From Mobula hypostoma (taxonomy: Eukaryota), in NCBI RefSeq assembly GCF_963921235.1, contig NC_086108.1, positions 8,556,001 through 8,620,000 on the forward strand: 64,000 nt of DNA. The letters are read 5' to 3'. The position numbers were made by a program, and so were the translations under genes. Under the pieces are notes generated by a model. The model searched no databases and was not told where the DNA came from. It was given only the letters and a program-made list of their open reading frames with translations. This document shows, piece by piece, positions 22,508 to 35,125 of the stretch. Numbering within the stretch: the first letter of the stretch is position 1; every line of letters starts with the position of its first letter.

Positions 22508-23665
22508 TGTAGAGCAATGGGTGTAGTGTATATGGATTTCAGTAAGGTATTTGACAAAGTTCCCCATGCGAAGCTCATTCAGAAAGTAATGAGGCAGGGG
22601 GTCCAAGGAGTCCTTGCTTTGTGGATCCAGAACTGGCTTGACCACAGAAGGCAAAGGGTGGTTGTGGATAGTTCATATTTTGCATGGAGGACAGAGACCA
22701 GTGGTGTGCCTCAGGGATCTGCTCTGAGACCCCTTCTATTCGTGATTTTTAGAAATGACCTGGATGAGGAAGTAGAAGGGTGGGTTAGTAAGTTTGCTGA
22801 TGATACAAAAGTTGGGGGTGTTGTGGATAGTCTGGAGGGTTGTCAGAGGTTACAGTGGGACATCGATAGGATGCAGAACTAGGATGACAAGTGGCAAATG
22901 GAGTTCAACCGAGATAAATGTGAAGTGGTTCAGTTCGGTAGGTCAAATTTGAAGACAGAATAGAATATTAATGGTAAGACTCTTGGCAGTGTGGAGGATC
23001 AGTGAGATCTTAGTGTCTGTGTCCATAAGACACTCAAAGCTGCTGCGCAGGTTGACAGTGTTGTTACGAAGGCATATGGTGTGTTGCCCTTAATCAATTG
23101 TGGGATTGAGTTCAAGAGTCGTGTTACAGCTGTATAATACCTTGGTTAGACCCCGCTTGCAGTACTGTCTTCAGTTCTGGTCACCTCATTACAGGAAGGC
23201 TGTGGATGCTGTAGAGAGAGTGCTGAGGAGACTTAAAAGGATGCTGCCTGAATTGGGGAACATGCCTTATGAGAATAGGTTGAGTGAACTTGGCCTTTTC
23301 TCCTTGGAGCGACGGAGGATGAGAGGTGATCTGATAGAGGTGTATAAGATGACGACAGGCATTGATCATGTGGATAGTCTGAGGCTTTTTCTCAGGGCTG
23401 AAATGGCTAACATGAGGGGGCATAGTTTTAAGGTGCTGGGAAGTAGGTACAAGGGGTATGTCAGGTAAGTTTTTCCACACAGAGAGTGGTGGGAGCATGG
23501 AATGCACTGCCGGTGAGGGTTGTAGAGGCGGATACAATAGGGTCTTTTAAGAGACTCTTAGATAGGTACGTGGAGCTTAGGAAAATAGAGAGCTATGCGG
23601 TAGGGAAATTTCTAGGCAGCTTCTAGAGTAGGTTACATTGTGTTGTAGATTTTCTATGTTCTACT
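22508..23665 (+). mobile_element. CR1 LINE RT and 3' end
   Basis: VVYMDFSKVFDKVPH...SGVPQGSAL.PLLF...SKFADDTKVGG...RRRMRGDLIEVYKM; TTTCTATGTTCTA tail. Confidence 0.9.
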
Positions 23666-24756
23666 TGTATCACGCAGGAGTGTGGAAAAACAAGAAATTA
23701 ACTTTTCTTGAATATAACATGGTTAATTACATAAGTGCTGATGCTTTGCAATAGTTCAACTAAGCTAAAAATGTTTTGTCAATGATTTTCATTTGCACTC
23801 AGTGTCTGAGGCTTCTCACTTAAGTGTCCAACAATAATCAGCCAGCATTGACGGATTCCAGTTGCCCTGATACCGTTTCTCCATGACTGCAATGTCCTGG
23901 TGAAATCTTTCACCATGCTCATCACTGACAGTGCCAAGATTTGCAGGGAAGAAATCTAAATGGGAACGCAGAAAATGAATCTTTAGTGACATGTTGCACT
24001 TCATGGTTTTGTATGCCTGAAGCATGTTAACCAGCTACACGTAGTTTAGTGCTCTGTAGTTGCTAAGAAAATATTCAGCAACATCCTTGAAAGCCTTCAA
24101 GGGATTTATTTTTTCTTTTTCTCTTTCTCCTTTGGTCCCACGATAAGTTTTTCTTTTTTTTCAATTTTTTATTTTTATTTGGATAAGGAATTCACAAGTA
24201 TCATGAATTTTTTCAGATGCATAACCTTTTCCATTTTTTATATATGTATAAATCTATAATTATTTATACATTCCTAAGTACACATTAAGATGATATAAAA
24301 AGAAATTAGACACTTAAATAGATAATTATGTGCAGTTGAAATTCTACTCTATTAGGCTAAGTAATGATATTAGTTGTTAAGAAAAATAGTAATAATAGTG
24401 GATTAATAATAATTTCCATATATCTCTTCTGGACCATTTCTTTCTGGTCCAAAAAATATTGTATGTAAGCCTATGTAACTACCATTGTAGGTGTTTATAT
24501 CCTAACTTGTTCATGTTTGCTCCTGATAAGTTTTTCTAATTGCCTGAGATTGATGCCCTGTTTGATTTGTGGTCCAACAAAAATGCCTGCCTTAATCTTG
24601 GCATCAGTTATTCTTAGTTGAATTAAGAATTGAAGTAACAAATGTAGGCAATTCTTTTTAAAAAACGGCGCGTGATAGGGAAATTTCATGGTGATTTTCA
24701 TAATCCGTCACTTACACCAAAAAGTTTTCAGGAAGCAAGATCTTTGTTGTCCAGTG
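23666..24756. mobile_element. Chapaev3-type (CMC) DNA transposon derivative, rearranged and interrupted
   Basis: Minus-strand transposase pieces ITDAKIKAGIFVGPQIK and NMSLKIHFLRSHLDFFPANLGTVSDEHGERFHQDIAVMEKRYQGNWNPSMLADYCW; right terminus ...TTGTTGTCCAGTG (CACTG-type end). Confidence 0.7.
24155..24524 (-). mobile_element. L1-like 3' tail inserted in the Chapaev3 copy
   Basis: 13-bp TSD GATAAGTTTTTCT at 24142-24154 and 24525-24537; poly-T left end; AT-rich. Confidence 0.65.
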
Positions 24757-26239
24757 TTATAAAGATGAGCTTTATTTGTCATATGTACATGGAAACGTGC
24801 ACAGAAATGCATGGTTTGTGTCAACAGCCAGCATGGTCCGAGAATCGTGTTGGGGACAGCCCCCAAGTGTTGCCATGCCTCCAGTACCAAGGTAGCATGT
24901 CCACGGTTCGCTCACCCTAATGTCGTATATCCTTGGTGCACATCTAGTGGACACGATGGTCCCAGAGACCAACGAGACCAACGCAACCAACAGTGACGAA
25001 TGCAAACAGTTCACAAAACTACTCCTTCTTTTAACTACACGCCGACTATTAATCTGTGTTTTTGAGCCAACTGATCTGGCGCTTTCATTCTCTCGGAGGA
25101 AATGTGGCGCAGTTGAGTGTGTGGCCTGATGGCAGAGCACGAACTCCTGATTGGCTCCAATTCTCGACCAAACTCGCCAATTAAAGCATCGAGCAAGATT
25201 AAAATCAACGTGGACGACAGCAGAAGGCGAGCAGGTATTCTATAATCGTTACCCAGTACACCCACGTGTGCAGATACTCAACAAAACCGAACTGCTATTC
25301 CTGCACTCTCAAGGCAAGAGTCGAGCCGGTTCTGCTCCGCCACGTTTAACTCCGCTCTCCACGGCACTGAGTCTGAGACCGTGACACTGTTCCACGTTTT
25401 GTGCCTGCGAGCTTCGTGGCAGTTTGATCCGCTGCGAGATGAACTGACACCGAGACCATGGGCCTGCACCGGCTGCTCTGGGATCGCGCCTGTGGACTCA
25501 GTCTGGTTTTGAATGCTGTTGCTCATTTTTTTTTAGATTATGAGGACACTCAGTCCTCGTTTATTGTCACTTAGAAATGCATGCATTAAAAAATGATACA
25601 ACGTTCCTCCAGAATGATATCACAAGAAAACACAGGACAAACCAAGACTAAAGCTGACAAAACCACATAATTATAACATAGTTACAACAGTGCAAATCAA
25701 TACCATAATTTGATAAAGAGCAGACCATGGGCACGGTAAAAAAAAGTCTCAAAGTCCCGATCGACTCATCATCTCACGCAGACGGCGGAAGGGAGAAACT
25801 CTCCCTGCCATGAACCTCCAAGCGCCGCCAACTTGCCAATGCAGCACCATTGGAAGCACCCGACCGCAGCGGACTCTGAGTCCGTCCCAAAACTTCGAGC
25901 CTCCGACACAGCCTCTCCGAGCACCATCCTCTGCCAAGTGCTTCGAACCTGCCGCAGCCGCCAAGCAACAGGCAAAGCCGAGGACTCGGGGCCTTCTCCT
26001 GAGATTCTGGACCACACAGTAGCAGCAGCAGCGAAGCAGGCATTTCAGAAGTTTCACCATATATTCCTCCATGCTCTCATGTCGGTCTCCATCAAATCAG
26101 GATTGTGCACAGCACCCTACTTGACGGATAACAGACATCACCACCAGAGTGGCCGCTGCGAGCTGCGTCGCGCCGCCATCTTCTTCTCCCGCCTCCTTTT
26201 ACAGTTCGGAGATTGATTGATCCATCAAACACTCATCAT

Positions 26240-27020
26240 ATCAGAATCAGGATTATTATCACCGCATGTGACATGAAATTTGTTAACTTAGCAGCAGCAG
26301 TTCAATGCAATACATAATCTAGCAGAGAGAAAAAAAATAATAATAAATAAAATAAAACATAATAAATAAACAAGTAAATGAATTACATATATTGAATAGA
26401 TTATTTAAAAATGTGCAAAGACAAATACTATATATTTTAAAAAAAAATGTAGTAGTGTCCAAAGCTTCAAAGTCCATTCAGGAATCAGATGGCAGAGGGG
26501 AAGAAGCTGTTCCTGAATCGCTGAGTGTGTGCCTTCAGGCTTCTGTACCTCCTACCTGATGGTAACAGTGAGAAAAGGACATGCCCTGGGTGTTGGAGGT
26601 CTTTAATAATGGACGCTGCCTTTCTGAGACACCGCTCCCTAAAGACATCCTGGGTACTTTGTAGGCTAGTGCCCAAATGGAGCTGACTAGATTTACAACC
26701 GTCTGCAGCTTGTTTCGGTCCTGTGCAGTAGCCCCTCCATACCAGACAGTGATGCAGCCTATCAGAATGCTCTCCACGATACAACTATAGAAGTTTTTGA
26801 ATGTATTTGTTGACATGCCAAATCGCTTCAAACTCCTAATAAAGTATAGCTGCTGCCTTCACTTTGTTATAACTACATCAATATGTTGGGATCACGTTAG
26901 ATCCTCAGAGATCTTGACACCCAGGAACTTGAAGCTGCTCACTGTCTGCACTTCTGATCCCTCTGAGGATTGGTACGTGTTCCTTCGTCTTACCCTTCCT
27001 GAAGTCCACAATCAGCTCCT
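26240..27020 (-). mobile_element. Rex1/Babar LINE 3' fragment with (CTGATT)n-type tail; close plus-strand relative at 51365-52072
   Basis: KRFGMSTNTFKNFY..IVESILIGCITVWYGG...SLLPSGRRYRSLKAHTQRFRNSFFPSAI. Confidence 0.85.
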
Positions 27021-27721
27021 TAACCCTTGCGTTCCCAAAATCATTCTCATCAACCTCCTCTGAGCCCTCTCCAATGTCAGCACGTCCCTTCTATGATAAG
27101 GGGCCCAGAACTGCTCAATACTCCAAGTGAAGCCTCACCAATACCTTTTACAGGCTCAACATTACATCCTTGTTTTTATATTCTAGTCTTCTCAAAATGA
27201 ATGCTAACATTGCATTTGCCTTCCTCACCACCAACTCAACCTGCAAGTTAACCCTTAAGGAATCCTACATGAGGACTCCCCATAGTTCCATTAACTTCTC
27301 CAACATCTACCCCTCACCCACACACTGGGGGAATTTACAGCTGCCGGTAGCAACGAATTCCACAGATTCACCACCCTCTGGCTAAAGAAATTCCTCCTCA
27401 TCTCTGTAATAAAATGGACATCCCTCTATTCTGAGGCTGTGTCCTTTGGTCCTAGACTCCCCCACCATCTTCTCCACATCTGTTTTATTTAGGCCTTTCA
27501 ATATTCGATAGTTTTCAATGAGATCCACCCCCCCCCCCCACAACACACACATTCTTCAATGAGTACAGGCCCAGAGCCATAAAATGCATAAGAAAGCAAT
27601 TATGAAAAAGGGCAGTGTTAGTTCATAAATTAGCCCGATCCCCACTGAATGCTGGAACAGCTTTGAGGGTCGGGCCAGTTCTCTTCGCTGCTTTGCAATA
27701 TTTACTCCACTCTTTGCTGCA

Positions 27722-28020
27722 CTGAGGCTGTGGGCCTGCTCTGGGCCCATATCTATGGGCTCTGTGACTTTTACTCTGCTGTGTGCTGTGCTGAGCTGAG
27801 GCTGTGGGCCTGCTCTGGGCCCATATCCACGGGCTCTGTGACTTTTACTCTGCTGTGTGCTGAGCTGAGGCTGTGGGCCTGCTCTGGGCCCATACCTACG
27901 GGCTGTGTGACTTTTACTCTGCTGTGTGCTGAGCTGAGGCTGTGGGCCTGCTCTGGGCCCATACCTACGGGCTGTGTGACTTTTACTCTGCTGTGTGCTG
28001 AGCTGAGGCTGTGGGCTGTG
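27722..28020 (+). repeat. 69-bp tandem repeat (~4.3 copies) in a LINE-derived 3' UTR-type repeat
   Basis: CTGAGGCTGTGGG starts at 27722, 27796, 27865, 27934 and 28003. Confidence 0.9.
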
Positions 28021-29107
28021 CTGGCTGCTCCCAGCTTCGTGTCTGAGGACTCACTTTCAGTCTAAATGCTATCTGCTCATTTTGTTGTTTGCACGATTTG
28101 TTTTTTTTCCTCTCTGTCTCCACACATTGGGCGCTTGTCGTTTTTTTTTATGGGTTCTTTTGTGTTTCTTTGTTTTGTGGCTGCCTGTAAGGAGACAAAT
28201 CCCAAGATTGTATAGTGTATACATGAATCGATAATAAATGTACTTTGAACTTTAAGGGACTGAGTTCATTGGCTCAGGAGACCTTCACGATAAGAATAAG
28301 GTTTAATGTCACTGGCGTAGTTTGTGAAATTTGTTAACTTTGCAGCAGCTGTGCAATGCAGTTCGTAATAACAGAGAAAAAACTGAATTACAGTAAGTGT
28401 GTGTAGATATGCTTTTAAATATATAGATAGCTAGATTTTAATAAAAGTAGTGCAGAAATAATTTTTTAAAAAAAGTTGTGAGGTAGTGTTCATGGGTTCG
28501 ATGTCCATTCAGAAATCTGACGGCAGAGGGGAAGAAGTTGTTCCTGGCTCGTTGAGTGTGTGCCTTCAGGCTCCTGTACCTCCTCCCTGATGAGAAGAAG
28601 GCATGTCCTGGGTGCTGGGGGCCCTTAATGATGGATGCTGCCTTTTTGCGGCATCGCTTCTTGGGGATTGCTCTGGATACTGAATCGTGAGAATATCTGT
28701 GACCAGTATCTCAACCTAGTTCAGTGATCTTGTCAAGGGCAGGGCAGGAAGCCCTCAGAGTTGCTGCTCTTTACCCAGGTCCTGGAGGGACTAACCTTCG
28801 TACCAGGATATGTCCTGAACCTGCTCAACAGGTCCTGTACGTTACTGATTGAGAAATACTGCGTGGAAGTAGGGCTGTGCCTACCCTACCCTGCCCAACC
28901 TGTTTGGTGTGAATGGAAACACCGCGATGACGCTAGACGGCGAGATAAGGAGATGAAAGAGCCTTTTTGACCTTTCTCTCTACCCAGGAGAGCTTCTGAT
29001 TCTCTTATTTGACCAATTTCAAACCAAAGTTCGCTTGTCTTTCATGGTCTGCAATGAATGGAAGACTTGTATTTCTCTCTCTGTTGAGTACCTTCACTCA
29101 AAAAAAA

Positions 29108-29710
29108 AAACGGGATCTCCCGGTTTCCACCCATTTCAATTCTACTTCCCGTTCCCATGCCGACATGTTGGTCCGTGGCCTGCTCTACAGCCACGATGAG
29201 GCCACACTCTGGTTGGAGGAACAACACTTTATATTCTGTCTGGGTAGCCCCCAACCTTATGACATGAACATCAATTTCTCAGACTTCCAGTAATTGCACC
29301 CCCCCTTTCAGCATTCCTGATTCCCGTTTCCCCTCTCATCTTATCTCGTTACCTGCCCATCCACCTCCCTCTGGTGTTCCTCCCCCCTCCCTTTCTTCTA
29401 TGGTCTTCTGTCCTCTCCTATCAGATTCCCCTTCTCCAGCCCTTTATCTCTTTCACCAACCAACTTCCCAGTTGTTTACCCCTCTCCCAGTTTTACCTAT
29501 CACCTGGCCATCTTGGACTACTTCCTCCCCTCTCCCCCACCCCCACACCATTTTTATTCTGGCACCTTCCCCCCTTCCTTTCCAGTCCTGATGAAGGTTC
29601 CTGGCCTGAGACGTCGACTGTCTATTCATTTCCATAGATGCTGCCTGACCTGCTGATTTTGTGTGTGTGTGTCGCTCTGGATTCCCAGCATCTGCAGAAC
29701 CTCTTGTGAC
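29108..29710 (+). mobile_element. Penelope-like element 3' fragment with a degenerate hammerhead (29583-29620, GAAA changed to GAGA)
   Basis: RDLPVSTHFNSTSRSHADMLVRGLLYSHDEATLWLEEQHFIFCLGSPQPYDMNINFSDFQ*, then a pyrimidine-rich UTR and tail. Confidence 0.85.
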
Positions 29711-32700
29711 TTGTGTTTCTGTAGTGCCTTTCACAAGGATGTCTCAAAGTGCTTTGTAGCCACTGAGGCGCTACCCACCATGAATGCTGCCATTTTGTGC
29801 TTGTGTTCATTTTATTTTTTTTTTAATTCAGAGCTGCCGCCCAGTAACAGGCCCTCCCAGCCCAAAGAACCCGTGCCCGACCAACTCATGCGTCGTGGGA
29901 ATGTGGGAGGATAGTGGAGCCGCCCGGAAGAAACCCACGCAGTCATGGGGAGAACGTAAAAACTCCTTGCAGACAGTGGTTTAGTTTCAGAGTAAGGGGC
30001 TGCTTGTTTCAGCCAGCAATAGGGAGTCATTTCTTCAAAGCTTTGAAGACACAGTTTTGGGTGACAGCGTGGAGGTGCGTCTCTACCCAAAGAGGTGTAA
30101 GGTGCTTCTACCCTCCGCTGGGGGTCACCTGTCTTGTAAAGACACTGCCCAGAAGAAAGCAATGGCAAGCTACTTCTGTGGAAAAGTTTGCCAAGAGCAA
30201 TCACAGTCATGTGACCATGATCACCCACATCATATGACACGACACATGATGATGTCATATGACACAGCACATGATGATGATGAAAGATGAATTAGTTTTA
30301 TTGGTCACCTGAAGGTGGACGCGTACAGTGAAATGTGTCATTTCTGTCAGATCACGTCAGTGAGGATTTGTGCTGAGGGTAGCCCGCCACACTTCGCCAC
30401 CAACATAGCAGACCCACAACTCACTAGCACTCGCCCGTACGTCCTTAGAATGTGAAAGGACACCAAAGGAAACCCACGTGGTGGCGGGGAGAAAGTACAA
30501 ACTCCCTACAGAGTCGAACCCTAACTGGTGATTGTTGGTGCTGTAAAGTGATCGCGCAACCCTCCGCACTACCGTGCTGCCGAGGTATGGAATCGTCAGA
30601 ACTCATTACCTCGGAGCTGTGGAATCACGTGAAGGAGAGCAAGGCATAGGCAGGGTGGTTCTGAGCTGCCTGGGCGTCGAGGGGTTAACAGGAACGGGCG
30701 TGGAGGAGCAGGAACCGGGATCAGAGGGGGTCGAGATTTTATTGAACAGTAGTGCATACCCAAAGTGCCATATGGACGTCTGTCCCCCTGCCTGATGTTC
30801 CTCAATCATCAATATCCCATGAGAGCCCAGAGGAGACCATCTACAGCATCAGTGAGCAGCGGAGACATTATTGATTCTGGAGGGAAACTCCTTGGCCATT
30901 ATCCGTAATTAATGTTCCTTCTGCTTTCCGGTGTCTGTGTGGGAATTGGTGTTGCCACATCTGTGAGCTGAAGTCAGCCAAATGATGGATTCCTATTGAT
31001 AGGAATGCTGCCTGCAGGGAAGGGACCTTTAACCCTCCCCCGGAACACTTGGTGTATCGATTCCACGTCTTTCCCCTTCAGAACTGCTGGAATTGAAAGC
31101 CGTCAGGGAAGGGCCTCAGATCTCCTCCTGCAGATGCATCATGGAGAACATTCTAACTGGCGACAGAACCGTCTGGGGTGGGGGTGGGGGAAGCTACTGC
31201 ACACGATCAAAGTAAGCTGCAAAGAGTCGTAAATGCAGCCAGCTGGCTCCATCACGGGCACTGGCCTCCGTAGTGGTCCAGGACATCTTCAAGGAGCGGT
31301 GCCTCAAGAAGGCAGCGTCCATTATAAATGACGCCCGTCACCCTGGTCATGCCCTCTTCTCATTGCTACCATCAGGGAGGAGGTACAGGAGCCCGAAGAC
31401 ACACACTCAGCATTTCAGGAACAGCTTCTTCCCTTCTGCCATCCAATTTCTGAATGGACAGTGAATCCACGAACATTACCTTGCGTAGCAACAGATTTTC
31501 CGACATATGCCGGCAATATTAAGCCCGATTCTGGTTCCTGAGGCAGACGCTCGGGGAGAGGGGCAGCCTGCTTCCTCTGCGGGACCCTGGGCTCTGAGCT
31601 GGCGGTCAACGCGATGCTATTACAGATCAGGGCGTTGCAGATCGGAATTTGGAGTTCAGTTCTGACGCCGTCTAAAGAGCTTGTGGATTCTCCCCATGAA
31701 ACGTAGAAAACCTACAACACAATACAGGCCCTTCGGCCCACAAAGCTGTGCCGAACATGTCCTTACCTTAGTAGATTAATTGGTCATTAATAGTCCTGTG
31801 ATTAGGCTAGGGTTAAATAGATGGGTTGCTAAGTGAGATAGCTTGTTGGGCTGGAAAGGCTTGTTCCCCACTGTATCTCTAAATAAGGCAATGGCAATCA
31901 CTTCTGTGGAAAAATGTGCCAAGAACAGGGACCATGATCTCCCACATCATATGACTCGGCACATAATGATGTGCATTCTTTGCGTCAAATCAGCACGAAT
32001 TGTGCTGCGGGAGCCGCCAGTGTTGTCACATTGCTGGTACAAGCATAGCAAACCCACAACTCACTGACCCTAACCCGTATGCCTTTGGACTGTGGGAAGG
32101 AAAGCAGAGCACTTGGAGGAAGCCCACAGGGTCATGGGAAGAACGTACAAACCTCCTGTAGACAGCGGCGGGAATTGAACCGCCGTCGTAATAGTGTTAC
32201 ACTAACCGCCACGCTGCTGCGCCTCCCACGTCTGCTGGTGCATGGACCCAATGTCCTCAGTCCATCCCAAATGCTCCTTGGGTTGGAGTCCCCTCTGTGT
32301 GCGGGGAGAGGGGAAAGGGCCTGGCTTTGCCGCGGTTGCCTACGTCGCTCTGCTGAACATTGTGAACGTCCCACGGGTGGCGGCGCTCGCGGGCTGCCCC
32401 AGCGCACTCTTGCGTTGTGTTGGTTGTTGACGCGAGTGAGGCGTTTCGCTGGTGGTTCGACGTGCACATGGCGAATAGATCTGGGTGTGGGCTCCTGAGC
32501 TCGGGGTCCAGACACTCGAAGGCACAGTCAACAGCGGCAGAGCTGATGTGTCAGGGTGGGGTGAATTGGGAGAGCGTGGATTGGGGGGGGGGTGGTGAGG
32601 GCTGGTGGAGGTTACACAGGCAGTGAGGGCCATTACCTTGAGGAGGAGATATTAAAATCCGAGGCATTCTCGAACCAGGAAGGCAGGTAGGTGAGTGTTT

Positions 32701-32864
32701 GGTAGTAGGTGCTTGGTGGGTCATCCTGGGCGCTGTGGGACGGAGGCCCTGTTTTTGTGTTCTGTCATGACCCCAAGAGCTCAGAGAGATGTGGAGAAGG
32801 AGCCCACAGGTGACATTAGACACTGGGATTTCAGAACCCCAGCATCTTACTCTCCTATATCTGT

Positions 32865-33022
32865 CAACACACATCAAAGTTGCTGGTGAATGCAGCAGGC
32901 CAGGCAGCATCTCTAGGAAGAGGTACGGTCAACGTTTCAGGCCGAGACCCTTCATCAGGACTCTTCACCAGCAACTTTGATGTGTGTTGCTTGAATTTCC
33001 AGCATCTGCAGAATTCCTCGTG
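32865..33022. mobile_element. Inverted PLE terminal insertion with an intact-core hammerhead on the minus strand (32927-32962)
   Basis: 14-bp TSD TCTCCTATATCTGT at 32851-32864 and 33023-33036; minus strand reads AGTC CTGATGA AGG..CCT GAAAC GTT GAC. Confidence 0.85.
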
Positions 33023-33174
33023 TCTCCTATATCTGTGTTCTGTTCTGGTCACCTCCATTACAGGAAGGATGCGGAAGCTTTGGGGAGGGCGCAGAGGAGA
33101 TCTATCAGGATGCTGCCTGGATTAGAGAGCATGTCTTATCAGGGATCAACTTTATTAGATAGTAGCATAACAGA

Positions 33175-33432
33175 AATAACATAGCAGTTAGCACGACACT
33201 TTACCGTACCGGTGACCCGAGTTCAATTCCTGTCACTGACTGTCAGGAGTTTGTACGTTCTCCCCGTGACTGCATGGGTTTCCTCCGGGTACAGTCCAAA
33301 GACGTACCGGTTAGTAGGTTAATTGGTTATTGTAAACTGTCCCGTGATTTGGCTAGGATTAAATCGGGGATTATTGGGCGGCATGGCTGAAAGGGCCTGT
33401 TGTGCACTGTGTCTCAATAAATAAATAAATAG
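33175..33432 (+). mobile_element. tRNA-derived HE1/V-SINE-like SINE; relatives near 8450-8730, 11880-12190, 30290-30580 (-), 31960-32220 (-), 47370-47590 (-), 53340-53560 and 59360-59545 (-)
   Basis: B-box-like GAGTTCAATTCC, then GGAGTTTGTACGTTCTCCCCGTGACTGCATGGGTTTCCTCCGGG..CCAAAGACGT core and an (AAAT)n tail. Confidence 0.75.
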
Positions 33433-34554
33433 ATAGATAAGGTACATTTACATGTATTTGGAATTTACTGTGTGTTGGGGCAATGATGGCACATGAGGAT
33501 AGGTTGAATGAGGTAGGGCTTTTCTTGTTAGAGAGGAGGAGGATGAGAGGTGACTTGATAGAGATGAGAGGAAAAGATCGAGTGGACAACCAGAGAATTT
33601 TTTTCTCTCAGGGCAGAAATATATAAGAGGACTTAACTTTTTAAGGTGATTGGAGGAAAGTATAAGGTGGATGTTAGATTTTTTTTATATAGAGTGGTGG
33701 TTCTGTGAAACACCCTACCAGGGGTGAAGGTAGAGGCAGATACATTGGGGACACTTAAGAGGCTCTTGGATAGGCACGTGACTAAAAGAGAAATGGAGTG
33801 CTATCTGAGAGAGAGCAAAGGGTTAAATTGCTCGGGGTAGGTTAAAAGGTCAGCACAACATCGTGGGACCAAGGGCCTATGTGCTGTTCTATGTTTGATG
33901 TTCTATCCCAGAGATTGTGAGAGTAAAGGAACTCAAAACCAGAGAGACAGATCTGCCTTCAGAACTGAGACGCCAGAGGTTGCTGATGCTGGAAGCTGAA
34001 CTTGGGTCAGGCAGCACCCAATCTGCTGGAGGAACACAGCAGGTCAGGCAGCATCTGCGGGAGGAAATGGACAGTCGGTGTTTCAGGACAAGACCCTCCA
34101 CCTGGACAGCCGGGCTCTGACCCGTTGTCTCATCTGGCAGTTCCAGTCCGACCCAAATTGTCGATTGTCCTCCTCTGTCGGTAGGTGCTGCCTGACCTGC
34201 CAAGTTCCTCCATTGGCTTCGTCAAGTTCAGAATCATTTCAAACCATCTCTCATTTCCCGTCACTGAAGTGGACAGGAAAACAAGTGCAGCCAAATAGTT
34301 CATGACCTGCCTGTGTGTCCGTGAGATGCGTTGGCTGAGGGAGGACCTTTAACACAGTCACAATGGCTGCTGGGTTCCAGGGATGGAGCAAGAGCTTTGG
34401 AATGTTCTTGGCTTTTGAGGTCGCTTTGTGATTTCGACTTGCTGAGATTTTGGTGTTGAGCTGCCAACAGTTGAGTATTGTTTCAAGAAGTCTCCAGAGG
34501 GAAAGAGATGAGCCGGAAATTGATGTCTGGGCCAGTATGGTCTCCAACTGGCAT

Positions 34555-35125
34555 TGGTGCAACCTCAGTTGGAACACTGTGTGCAGTTTTGGGCCCCCTA
34601 TCTTAGAAGTGATGTTCTGATGTTGGAGAGAGCTCAGAGAAAATTTACGAGAATGATTCCTGGAATGCAAGGGCTAACATATGAGGAGTGTTTTTGTCGG
34701 CTCTTGGACTGTATTCATTAGAGTATAGAAGAATGAGGGGGGATCTCATAGAAACATTTCGAATGTTGAAAGGGTTGGACAGAGTAGATGTGGAAAGGCT
34801 GTTTCCCTTGGTGGGTGAGTCCAGGACAAGAGGCCACAGTCTTAGAATTAGAGGGTACCCATTTAAAACAGAGATGAAGAGAAATTTTTATAGCCGGAGG
34901 GTCGTGGATTTATGGAATTCGTTGCCACAAACAGTTGTGGAGGCCCGATCATTGAGGATGTTTAAGGAGGAGATTGACAGGTAACTAATTAGTCAGGGTA
35001 TCAAGGGATATGGGGAAAAAGCTGGAAATTGGAACAAGATGGGAGAATAGCTCATGGTGGAGTGGCGGAGCAGACTCGATGGGCTGAATGGCCTACTTCT
35101 GCTCCTTTGTCTTGTGATCTTGTGA
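34555..35125 (+). mobile_element. CR1 LINE 3' end
   Basis: LGLYSLEYRRMRGDLIETFRMLKGLDRVD...RVVDLWNSLP. Confidence 0.85.

Noticed and set aside
33175..33240. tRNA-like A/B-box sequences
   Set aside because: They are SINE heads with no complete cloverleaf, so no tRNA gene is called.
34501..34530. ERDEPEIDV peptide resembling PPP1R14 exon 2 (PELEIDVDELL)
   Set aside because: It is followed by WASMV rather than DELL, and has no convincing in-phase acceptor or donor.
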